A DNA stretch of 64,000 nucleotides, from positions 141,608,001 through 141,672,000 of the forward strand of contig OX597818.1 in assembly GCA_951406725.2 (NCBI GenBank), in the 5' to 3' direction. Positions within the stretch are counted from its first letter, which is position 1. Each line of letters starts with the position of its first letter. The DNA comes from Octopus vulgaris (taxonomy: Eukaryota). Both the position numbers and the translations under genes were made by a program. The notes below the pieces were generated by a model. That model worked only from the letters and a program-made list of their open reading frames with translations, had not been told where the DNA came from and did no database searches. Positions 52,642-64,000 of this stretch are shown here, one piece after another.

Positions 52642-53715
52642 CTTGGAATAACTCGGCCCAATCCTGTTTCTCATCCTCATCTCTGACATAGATGAAGATA
52701 CAACCAGCAACGTCTCATCCTTTGCTGATGACACCAGGGTCATGAGACAAATCAAAGACGAGGTGGATACAGAGGCCTTACAAAAGGACCTGACCACCAT
52801 ATATAAATGGCAGGAAACAAACAACATGTTGTTCAATGATAAGAAGTTTGAACTTATTCGCTACGGAACAGATCAAGATCTGAAAAATACAACAAACTAC
52901 AGAAACCCATCAGGACAACAAATAATGGAAAAACAGTATGTGAAAGATTTAGGCATCCACATGGGAACCAACCTAAAATTCAGAGAACACCTTGACTCAG
53001 TCTGTCTTACTGCAAGAAAGTACAGCGGGTGGATCTTGCGCACCTTCAAATCAAGAGATACCTCAACAATGAAAACCCTCTGGAACAGTATGATACTTCC
53101 GAGGATTGACTACTGTTCTCAGTTGTGGTCACCAACAACAAAGGGCCAACTATCTAAGATAGAATCGCTCCAAAGAAATTTTACCTCATACTTCTCAGAA
53201 ACGAGGGACCTGGACTATTGGCAAAGACTCAAAACCTTGAGGATGTACTCAATAGAAAGAAGATTTGAGCGATACCGAATTATATACATTTGGAAAATGA
53301 TAGAGCAGAAGGTGCCAAACTTTGGTATCAAAACCTACCACTCACTGCGCCACGGAAGACGCTGCCAGCTGCCACCAATCAACAAAAAGGCTGGCCAGGC
53401 AGCAAAAACCCTGCGAGAATCAAGTCTGTTGGTTCGAGGAGCACAACTGTTCAACTCCATTCCGGTACATGTCAGAAATCTATCAGGATGCAGTGTGGAA
53501 TCATTCAAATTGCAACTGGATAGATACTTAAGCACCATTAGAGATGAACCCCATCTCCCAGGATATACACAACGAGCACAAACTGACTCAAACTCGCTCC
53601 TACACATGTCAAATTTAAGCAGAGAATACAACCTGGCAACCACACCAGACTCTGAGGGTGGAGTCTTCGACTTGGCCTGAGCATGGACTCAAACCCAAAT
53701 GAAATGAAATGAAAT
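52642..53715 (+). mobile_element. Young 5'-truncated CR1-group LINE
   Basis: Uninterrupted RT frame, (GAAAT)n tail and possible TSD AATAGCA (52635-52641 / 53713-53719). Confidence 0.9.
52652..53680 (+). CDS. LINE ORF2 C-terminal part (reverse transcriptase, 5'-truncated)
   Basis: LGPILFLILISDID...SSFADDTRV...LQKDL...WQETNNMLFNDKKF...KDLGI...PRIDYCSQLWSP...QLFNSIP; open for about 340 codons. Confidence 0.88.
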   Translation, partial: LGPILFLILISDIDEDTTSNVSSFADDTRVMRQIKDEVDTEALQKDLTTIYKWQETNNMLFNDKKFELIRYGTDQDLKNTTNYRNPSGQQIMEKQYVKDLGIHMGTNLKFREHLDSVCLTARKYSGWILRTFKSRDTSTMKTLWNSMILPRIDYCSQLWSPTTKGQLSKIESLQRNFTSYFSETRDLDYWQRLKTLRMYSIERRFERYRIIYIWKMIEQKVPNFGIKTYHSLRHGRRCQLPPINKKAGQAAKTLRESSLLVRGAQLFNSIPVHVRNLSGCSVESFKLQLDRYLSTIRDEPHLPGYTQRAQTDSNSLLHMSNLSREYNLATTPDSEGGVFDLA

Positions 53716-53885
53716 AGCAAAAAAGTCTATATATATTTCTTCTTTTGCTGATGTCTCAAATTTAGGTTAAATCAGTGTTTCTCAAAGGGGAGGCCTATGG
53801 GACTGTCGGACAAGGTGTTTTGAGAAAATTTTGTTTAAACGTTTGACAACTCAGCACCGTCCATTGGACGGGGTGCATTTTGCTC

Positions 53886-53931
<46 letters not shown>

Positions 53932-54423
53932 ATGATTTAGGATATACAGTACTTAAATACGAGTTACTATATATATATATAAATGCACGTTGTTTGACTT
54001 CAAACGGATAAGAAATAAATGCACCAGGCTTGATGTAGAGGATATGGTTTCATTGAACTGTTTTGGCTCATTTTAAAACCTGTTAACCAACGATGCCCTT
54101 CATTAAAAACACGATTTAAATTTTAAAAGAAAATCATATAAAATCTGCCGTCATCTTTGGTTTCGCTTGGTTGCCTATACCTCTGACTATTACTCTCGTA
54201 TTGAGTCATCCTATACAGTTACGTATTCAACAGTAACTATGCTTCTAGCAACGTGTGGTTGCCTCTTTTCCCGCCTCCTCTCTTCTCAGCATCAACCTTT
54301 ACAATATAATATCATATGTGTGTGTAAGATATATATGTATGTATATATATATATATATATATATGTGCATATGTATATATGTACACACATATATGTGTGT
54401 GTGTATATGTATATATATATATA

Positions 54424-54493
<70 letters not shown>

Positions 54494-54729
54494 AATACAC
54501 ATGTATCTATGATATCTATGTATATATATTGTATATATTTTGTATATGTATGTGTACATATATATATCTACATTTTGTTGTCATGACAATATTATTAACT
54601 TTCTAGAGAATGTAAACGTTTAAGGGAATATTTATGTTATATATATATATATATATATATAGTTTAATACGTGTGCTTCCAAAAACGTATTAGCTCATAT
54701 TTAAGTATTTTATGTAAATACATACATAC

Positions 54730-54778
<49 letters not shown>

Positions 54779-54856
54779 GCAAACATATACATATTAAAAT
54801 ATACGAGCATAGAAACACACGCACAAGCATATATAGAGCTAGCTAGCAGGATAGAT

Positions 54857-54894
<38 letters not shown>

Positions 54895-55177
54895 TGTGTG
54901 TGAGGGATAGAGAGGTTGAATGTCATACTTTGTCGACAATAGGCTAAGTACTCAATACATCATATAAAGTATATTGTTTGCTTAAAATGAATTCCTTATC
55001 CTCGAGACACGAGTTTCTCTGCCACTGCATTCTTTGCGCAAGACTTCACGCGAAGATCGCAGTCGCGTGAAACTCGAATAGCGAGGAAATGTATTCAGTG
55101 CGTGTATGTGCATATGTATATATATATATGTTTGTCTATCTGTGTGTGCGTGTTTGAACGTGTGTGTGTGTGCGTGG

Positions 55178-55217
<40 letters not shown>

Positions 55218-55730
55218 TCTTCTCTCTCGATTCTGTAGTTCATTTTAACGATATACACGCAGCCATATCCACAAACTTCTATTTCACACACACGTGCGCG
55301 CGCGCGCCGAATCCATTAATTCCTTACGTTTCAGTTGTTAAATTGATATTAATTATGGCTTATACTTATCAAATAGAGTGGATCTGTAACCTCTTAAAGA
55401 ATGGATATTGCTTGAGGCAAGTATGGCTACGTAACATAAGTAGTCTCTCAAGAGACGGGGAGAAAAAGAAAGAGAATAAACGGGAGAGCATTAGAGCATG
55501 TATATACGTCTGTGTGGGTGTATGTATACCTGTGTGTGTGTGTGTGTGTGTGCGAGTGTGCGTGTACATATATATGTATACGCATGTATGTATTTGTGAT
55601 TCGTTAAATATTTCTATTTGCGTAGGATGAGCGAGAACTTATATACGAAACGAAAGCTGTCTTCGTGGTTAAGGGACTTAACGTTGATATTATCGTGCGC
55701 TCAGTTCGAGACCTGTTTGGAAATGCGCGC

Positions 55731-56244
55731 ACACACACATACATACATACATACATACATACATACATACATACATACATGCATACATACATACAAACAT
55801 ATACATACATACATTCATACATACATGCATACATACATACATACATACATACATACATACAAACATACATACATACATTCATACATACATGCATACATAC
55901 AAACATATACATACATACAAACATATACATACAAACATACATACATACATACATACATACATACATACAAACATATACATACATACAAACATATACATAC
56001 ATGCATACATACATACAAACATATACATACATACATACAAACATATACATACATACAAACATATACATACAAACATGCATACATACATACATACATACAT
56101 ACATACAAACATATACATACATACAAACATATACATACAAACATGCATACATACATACATACATACAAACATATACATACAAACAAACATACATACATAC
56201 ATACATACATACATACATACATACATACATACATACATACATAC
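55731..56244. repeat. (ACAT)n-derived compound microsatellite
   Basis: Direct reading; variant units ACAAACATATAC recur. Confidence 0.95.
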
Positions 56245-56593
56245 CAATCTTGAGAAATTAGGCTTCTCAAAACCAGAGAGGAGAAAGCTGATTCGAAGAC
56301 TACAGATTCAAGACATCACTAAAACTGTAAAATTCTGTAAATCTTTCCAGAAGCTTTATTATACGTCTTATCATATGAAATTATATGAAAGTATATATAT
56401 ATATATGAGAATGCATACATAGACAAAACAGAAAAATTGACACACGCACTGACTAAAAATACTGCACATATACACATGCATGCACCAAGCACTTTCGGAG
56501 TTGCTGAAATTCTAATGAAGGGATTTTGGATCTAGATTAGAAGCTGGCCCTTTCTCTATTGACAGGAAATCTTGAAATAAAACTAAATAATGA
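56245..56593 (+). mobile_element. 3' end of an RLE-type (R4/Dong-like) non-LTR retrotransposon inside (CATA)n
   Basis: NLEKLGFSKPERRKLIRRLQIQDITKTVKFCKSFQK resembles the C-terminus of RLE LINEs; (CATA)n lies on both sides. Confidence 0.5.
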
Positions 56594-56595
56594 CA

Positions 56596-56626
<31 letters not shown>

Positions 56627-56689
56627 TAGCATACATACATACATAGATATATGCATACATGGATACGTACATAGATACATAGATACATA

Positions 56690-57330
56690 CGTACGTACGT
56701 CTGTACTTACGTACATATAAATAGAAAAATGGACAAGAACTCAACAGACTATAAAACATCTGGAACAGATAGACGATACGAAGAAGAACAGGAAAAACAA
56801 CAAAAAGACGGACAGGACAAAACAAAGATGGGCCATTCGTGGCCTTCTCTCATCAGTCAACTTTCCAGACTTTCAAATATGGCTGGCTAAGAGCATTAAA
56901 TATTTTGGGAGAAAGCCAGCGAATGTGTACAAAATAAACGAAAAAAAGCGGAGAAAATGTTACTCAATTACAAATACAAACAAGAAAATAACAACAGGTG
57001 TCTTTCGACTAATAGAGATGAATCAAGTTGAGTAGCGTGTGTGGAGTGAAAGCCTTGAGGCAGGAATATAGATGAACATCAGAGATGAAAGTCAGGAGAC
57101 AGGAGTAAGAGATGCTTCGTATCTGGCAGTCAGACCAAGAAAGAAAGATCATGCTTGGCCGAACACCGATCACATGGAAGGAAATGAGTGAGGTAGGGGG
57201 CACAGGGATGAAGAATTCGGGGGAGGACGAGAAAAAGAGAGAAAACATCAAAGGGACGTAGAGATGGTACAAGGGAGATAACCGATGACATACATACATG
57301 CATACATACATACATACATACATACATACA

Positions 57331-57361
<31 letters not shown>

Positions 57362-57660
57362 GTGCATACATGGATACGTACATAGATACATACATACATA
57401 CATACATACATACGTACGTACGTCTGTACTTACGTACATATAAATAGAAAAATGGAACAAGAACTCAACAGACTATAAAACATCTGGAACAGATAGACGA
57501 TACGAAGACGAACAGGAAAAACAACAAAAAGACGGACAGGACAAAACAAAGATGGGCCATTCGTGGCCTTCTCTCATCAGTAAACTTTCCAGGACGAGAA
57601 AGAGAGAGAAAAAAATCAAAGGGACGTAGAGATGGTACAAGGGAGATAAACGATGACATA
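56690..57660 (-). mobile_element. Penelope-like remnant with tandemly duplicated terminal region
   Basis: About 56600-56868 is duplicated at 57300-57592, and 57225-57290 at 57592-57660. The decayed peptide LYSCLKAFTPHTLLN resembles a GIY-YIG C-terminus. Confidence 0.5.
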
Positions 57661-57767
57661 CATACATGCATACATATATACATACATACATACATACATA
57701 CATACATACATACATACATACATACATACATACATACATACATACATACATACATACATACATACAT

Positions 57768-58030
57768 ACGAAGGTTGTCCCGAAATTAAAGCAAAAGTGG
57801 GCATTTTTTTTTTGTCAACTCAGATCGTTCTCTCTACATAGGCACTGCTGAAAATAGTCTCCATCACAAGTGATGCATTTGCGCCATCGACAAACCCAAA
57901 TCTGGAATCCCTTGAAAAATTTCAGGTGTGCACTGTCGTACCCGCTTTTTCATGGCCACATTCATATCATGTCGGTCATCGAATTGTTGTCATCGAGGAC
58001 TGTCTTTTATTGGATCGAATAAGAGGAAGT
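57768..58030 (-). mobile_element. mariner transposon 3' fragment
   Basis: TA-CGAAGGTTGTCCCGAAA terminus; peptide GFQIWVCRWRKCITCDGDYFQ. Confidence 0.75.
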
Positions 58031-58473
58031 TGGGATGGTCATAACTGAAATGTCTTTGACCATAAGTATGTTTACTTCAGGGTTAGTCTCGAGTTAAAAA
58101 CAAAACTATAAATAAACCTAGGGAATCTCTCTTGACATGCTAGATAGAATAACCAAACAGCCATCGATTAAGTAAAAGCAAGGATATCTAAGAAAACTGT
58201 TGTTTTAGATATACAGGATTGCATAATGTAGTCTTAGGTACGAGCGAGAAAATAGAGGGGGTGGTACTTTAGCGGTCGCATGTCCACCTAGAAATATCTA
58301 CCATATCTTTTTTTATCTATTTAACATTCTTGAGTGTGTATATCTATCTATATATCAAGCTTTCGTTTATCAATTCAGTTTTCTGTGTATCTATTTCAAA
58401 TGTAGATGTATATACGTACTTATGTACATTTGTGCGTGCACGTGTGTATATGGACGTGAGTGCGCGCGGGGGG

Positions 58474-58534
<61 letters not shown>

Positions 58535-58538
58535 TATA

Positions 58539-58760
58539 CAGTGTGGAAGGTGTCTATAAGCCATTTAAGAAACACACCTGAGGTCGCGGTCTCAAAGCGA
58601 CGAAAATGTTTTGACAAATTAAATTTAAATGTTGAAGTGAATCTAACGGTTTTTCTGTGTTTCTTAAATGGCTTATAAACACCTTCCACGCTGCATTTGT
58701 TTTCGTTCCAGCACACGATCTCAGATTAAGTCACTCGCTATGCAAGTACATCACCGTAAT
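58539..58760 (+). mobile_element. Penelope-like pseudo-LTR with inverted 5' segment between (TA)n tracts
   Basis: 58539-58576 is the inverse of 58656-58693; keeps the hammerhead 3' half AGGTCGC-GGTCTCAAA-GCGAC-GAAA-ATGTTT-TGACAAA. Confidence 0.7.
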
Positions 58761-59580
58761 ATATATATATACATAAAGTCGGGATTTGAAGATAGACTTA
58801 TTTTTCCATATGACTAGCATATATACTGCGTAGACTGATAGCCAATTCAGAATGTAGTGCTTATTGTGACAGCTTCATGATTCCCTGAATCCATATTTTC
58901 ATATTTAATACTATTTTCGAGAGTGTGTGTGTATTTATGTATGTATAATATATCACATATCATATCTTATAAGCAACTAACTTGCTATCTGAGCACGGCC
59001 TACTCATTTCTAAGCATCAGTCTATCATATTTCTCTTTCTAATTTCATATAACTAGTTATTCATCTCAGATGGTCACTGAAGGTCAAACCTTCACTTCCT
59101 TAAGCCTCACACATTACACCATACATCTTATACTTCATTACTCCATATTGACAGCACCTCGCCTCACCTCACATCACTTCACATTGCAACACTTTCAGAT
59201 GTTGCATTCGATTAACGGAGCACTCAAAATTCCTCGCGAGACCGTTAAAACTTTGTCATGTGGGCTATATAAAGCTAATCAATAACACAAACACAAACAA
59301 TATCCGAGGATACACTTTAAAAATGTGCCTATCTTTCTCATTAACACTAATGTCTCATACTTAATTGTTTAATCTCATCTGAAATTTATAAATCATTTAT
59401 CAATTTGCTCACATGCTTCTTTTATTGATCAGATTTCCAGTGATTCTTCGTTGTAACTTAACAACTTTCGGATTACTGTTTAAATTTCGATCAACAGGGA
59501 AACGACATCAAAGATTAATGTTTGTACATATACTCAAAAATATCGTAAAGATTCATAGACTGATATGTAGATAGATAGAT

Positions 59581-59615
<35 letters not shown>

Positions 59616-59659
59616 CAGATAGATAGATAGACAGACAGATAGATAGATAGATAGATAGT

Positions 59660-59753
<94 letters not shown>

Positions 59754-60009
59754 AACAGATAGGCAGAGAGGCAGACAGAGACACATAACCGTAGACAGAT
59801 ATAGATACAGAGAGAAATTATTAATAGATATGAATGAATGTGTAGAGAGATAGGTAGTTAGATATGATATACATATATAGATATATATTAGATATTTTAG
59901 TATACATATATACATATATGTTTGTATGTATGCAAGTCCATACGTGCGTTTTTGCATATATATATATATGTATATATACATAATACATACTCATATATAT
60001 ATATATATA

Positions 60010-60616
<607 letters not shown>

Positions 60617-60719
60617 GAGGTAATAGATAGATAGGTGGATGCAAATATGTATGTGTGTGTAAATATTTATATATGCATAAATATTATACAATTCCTTATG
60701 CAGAGTCTGACCACCTCCT

Positions 60720-61150
60720 GTACTTACACCTTACATTTATTATGGCGTCTGATGTGTTTCTTTAAAACCAGACAACGTTTTGAAAAGACATCCACATAAA
60801 TTGCATATATGCTTTGGACTACTAAGAGCTGCAGTCAAGTTCTGGTCTTTGTGGATCTTAAAATGCCTTTGAGGCCTCCATTACATTTGCAGACGTTACG
60901 GCATACACGGCATTGAAAGGTGTTGACAGATAGATTAGCAGAATAGATGGTGGCGGTTCGTTTTTCATGGATCCTCAAATGAGATTTGAACCCAGTAGCA
61001 GAAAGGCATGGTCTATCACAAATTGTGCACACAAAATGGTTGTTGGGATTCATTTTCTCGTTGATGGTAGAATTTTTCTTAAAATTGTTTTTGAGTATCG
61101 CATGGGTCATCCTGGATTCTTCAAACGCTTTCACTTCACTCTACACTTTT
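60720..61150 (-). mobile_element. RTE-type LINE 3' end with C2H2 fingers
   Basis: MKAFEESR...FVCTICDRPCLSATGFKSHLRIH...FQCRVCRNVCK.NGGLK. Confidence 0.65.
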
Positions 61151-61188
61151 GTTCACCATACATATACATATATATATATATGTATATG

Positions 61189-61248
<60 letters not shown>

Positions 61249-61645
61249 GAGTTGATAGTGAAGACAATTGTAATGTTACTAGTGGTCGTATTGATGATGT
61301 TGATATAATGTGATGGTGTGAATTGTAGTGAGCTTGGTGCTACCTGGTGACGATTATAGTTTTACTGACGGTGTTGGCGTAACGTGGTGCTGGTGGTAGT
61401 GGTTGTGGTGGTAGCTAGTTGTTGGCGGTTGTTTTAATGGTGCTGGTGCTGGCGGTAGTGATAGTAGTAATAATGTTTGTGATTTGTAGTGGTAAAAGCT
61501 ATTGGTGATAGTGGTTTTGCATGTCTTGGTTGTTTGTCGAATTACAATATTGATGTTATGCTTTGTACGCTGTCAAATATGTATATATATATATATATAT
61601 ATATACGCACTACTATTGATGCTATTCACTGTACGTCTGTATATA

Positions 61646-61701
<56 letters not shown>

Positions 61702-61816
61702 CATACATATATAGTATGTATATACATGCTTACATATGAATATATAGTATATATATATGCTTATAAATACATACGCATACATATAAGCATATAGACGTAA
61801 GCGTTTATATAATACG

Positions 61817-61850
<34 letters not shown>

Positions 61851-61894
61851 CATACATACGTATAAATATACGTATATTCATGTATACATAGATG

Positions 61895-61961
<67 letters not shown>

Positions 61962-62985
61962 ATATATATAATTTTTGGGTGGGGGTACTATTTTGTGCTT
62001 TGAGGTTGTTTTGGTTCCTATTTTTTTCTTCTTTTTTTTTTCATTAGACCATTTTATTATTCTGCAACGCTTCAAGAAGCTAGAAATACGTCAATGTATA
62101 ACAGTGAAATCGATGACAAACCGTGAAGAACATAATCAACTTTGGCATTCAACGAAAGAACACGGATTTTGGATTTATTTTTAAGCTTCCCAGTTAAAAA
62201 CCGAAAATAAGATTTCTTAAGAAATACTTTTACTTATTTCTCACTTGTTTTTTTTTTTTGCTTTCTTTCTTTTGTTGTTTTTGTTTACAATTTTGTTTTT
62301 ATTTCAATCTATATTTGCATTTTGTTTTACTCTTTTTTCTTTTCTTTTTCTTTATTTTTTTTTTGCTTATATTGTTATCTTTAGTGGCGATGATAATGGT
62401 AGTGTTGTTGTTGTTGTTGTTAATGGTGGTGGTGGTGGTGGTGGTGGTGGTGGTGGTGGTGGTGGTGGTGGTGTACTGTATTTCTGTTATTTATTTCGCT
62501 GATAGAGATCTCAGAACTGTCTGAATAGAAAGCAAGACATGCATACCAATATATTTGTTTCGCTGCATCTCACAGTTTATATATTTTCATTGTTATTTCC
62601 GTTTCTTTTCCTACGCCTTTTGTATGCTTTTTTTTCTTTCTTTTCTTTTCTCGTTACCCCACCATCCTTCCACCACCACCATCTCACTTTCACTTATCTT
62701 AAGTTGCCAACGATATTTTGATGGAATCTCGTGGAGATTGCTAATGTTTTCTTATAATGTGTACTAATTTCGATTTTCATTATTAAACTGGCCCTAACGT
62801 AGGTTTTACGGTTTACAGATAGACTGTCTATACGAGAACAATGTGAGCGAGTTGAAAGAGTCATGGGAGAAAGAGAGGCGGGGGATGAAATCAATGGAGA
62901 GGAATGATGAAGAGGAAGAATTTGGATGACTGGAAGAATACATGAAGTTATATGTGGTTGGGCAAATATAAAGCTGAACAAGTGA

Positions 62986-62987
<2 letters not shown>

Positions 62988-63036
<49 letters not shown>

Positions 63037-63037
63037 T

Positions 63038-63070
<33 letters not shown>

Positions 63071-63114
63071 CAGATAGATAAACAGATAGATAGACCGATA
63101 GATAGATAGATAGC

Positions 63115-63167
<53 letters not shown>

Positions 63168-63175
63168 TGATAGAT
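62988..63175. repeat. (GATA)n microsatellite
   Basis: Direct reading. Confidence 0.95.
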
Positions 63176-64000
63176 ATCAGTGGATTTGGTGGATGGACGT
63201 ATGAATAAATGGAAAGAGGATATTGAATCGGAAACTTATTTGAATTATGGGTACATTGTAGGAAATTCTGAGTGGATAGCTGTGTATTTGGATTGATAGA
63301 TGGATCGGTGGATGGAAGAATGAATAGCTAGATGCGTAGGTCATAAACTAATTGCTGTATAGGTGTTTTGATAAATTCAAGAATAGAATAAATAAAATAT
63401 TGGACTACCAACTTACATGTCATGAGTTCAAATTTTCTGCACGACGTTATGTTATATTTCTTGCTTAGGATATCAAAATGATATATTATACAACATACTA
63501 TCAATTAATCAAAAGTTACTAGTTCAAATTCTGGCATAAGAACCGCGCTTTTTCTATAGTAAAGTTAACAACCCAGTTTCTTTGGAAGATTAGAATGGCG
63601 TCATGGTTAAAGTCACGGATGATAAAATCCGAGCTTATGTGTTTGAAATCTGAAGTGAGCGATAAGCTGTTTATATGGGTAGCTCATTTTCGCCATTTTA
63701 CAATGCGTGTAGTTGTCTAGAATTGGTAACTAATCATCCAGAGAAATTACCTAAAATAGAATCTTGCCCGATTCGGGACAATATTTTTTTCTGTTGTTTT
63801 CCATGTCACTTCCGTTGAAGTGGATTAAATTTGAATACATTTGGCTGACATTTTCAGTTAGTCAAACGACACCTTGGAGGCTTCCTTAAAACACTGAAAG
63901 ATATAGCAGCTAAACCTCCCTTAAACAACACTGTGTAATTAATGACACAGTGCATAGCGTGCTTCTGGAAACTTTATGAAAGAAATAAAATAGTCATGTT

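Larger units (their letters stand above)
52325..53886 (+). mobile_element. Helitron-like element interrupted by a LINE
   Basis: Start TCATATAAAATCCG..; 3' hairpin GCACCGTCC-ATT-GGACGGGGTGC followed by TTTTG-CTCG|T (CTRR variant). Confidence 0.55.

Noticed and set aside
55627-55730. Exon-like frame DERELIYETKAVFVVKGLNVDIIVRSVRDLFGNA
   Set aside because: No convincing donor site, runs into a microsatellite and has no recognised homolog.
56845-56935. CTGATGAG on the minus strand in the Penelope-like remnant
   Set aside because: Could not build stems I-III around it; too decayed.
60835-61134. Host C2H2 zinc-finger gene
   Set aside because: No TGEKP linkers, the second finger is broken, and the context matches an RTE LINE 3' end.

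Overview
AT-rich eukaryotic (animal) genomic DNA packed with microsatellites and transposon debris. The SINE families and (TA)n/(CATA)n/(GATA)n load look like an Octopus genome (my recognition, not a search result). I cannot support any host protein-coding gene, so the window is probably intronic or intergenic, and nearly all ORF-track entries are simple-repeat artefacts. Supported content: a diverged 5S rRNA copy; at least four tRNA-derived SINE families; non-autonomous Helitrons; mariner, hAT and pogo-like remnants; CR1-group, RTE and R4-like LINE fragments, one with an open 1 kb RT frame; a Penelope-like GIY-YIG fragment; and an ORF1-only zinc-knuckle retro-insertion. The most striking signal is a set of about 10 type I hammerhead-ribozyme-like motifs in small, mostly (TA)n-flanked, often inverted Penelope-like elements. 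Their catalytic cores show three forms of the 3:8 tertiary pair (C3:G8 CUGAUGA, G3:C8 GUGAACA, U3:A8 UUGAAAA), several have an extra nucleotide after A9, and most have a palindromic minimal stem III. A second signal is a SINE that forms head-to-tail 184-bp multimers with the same junction at independent loci, one of them folded into a large palindrome.
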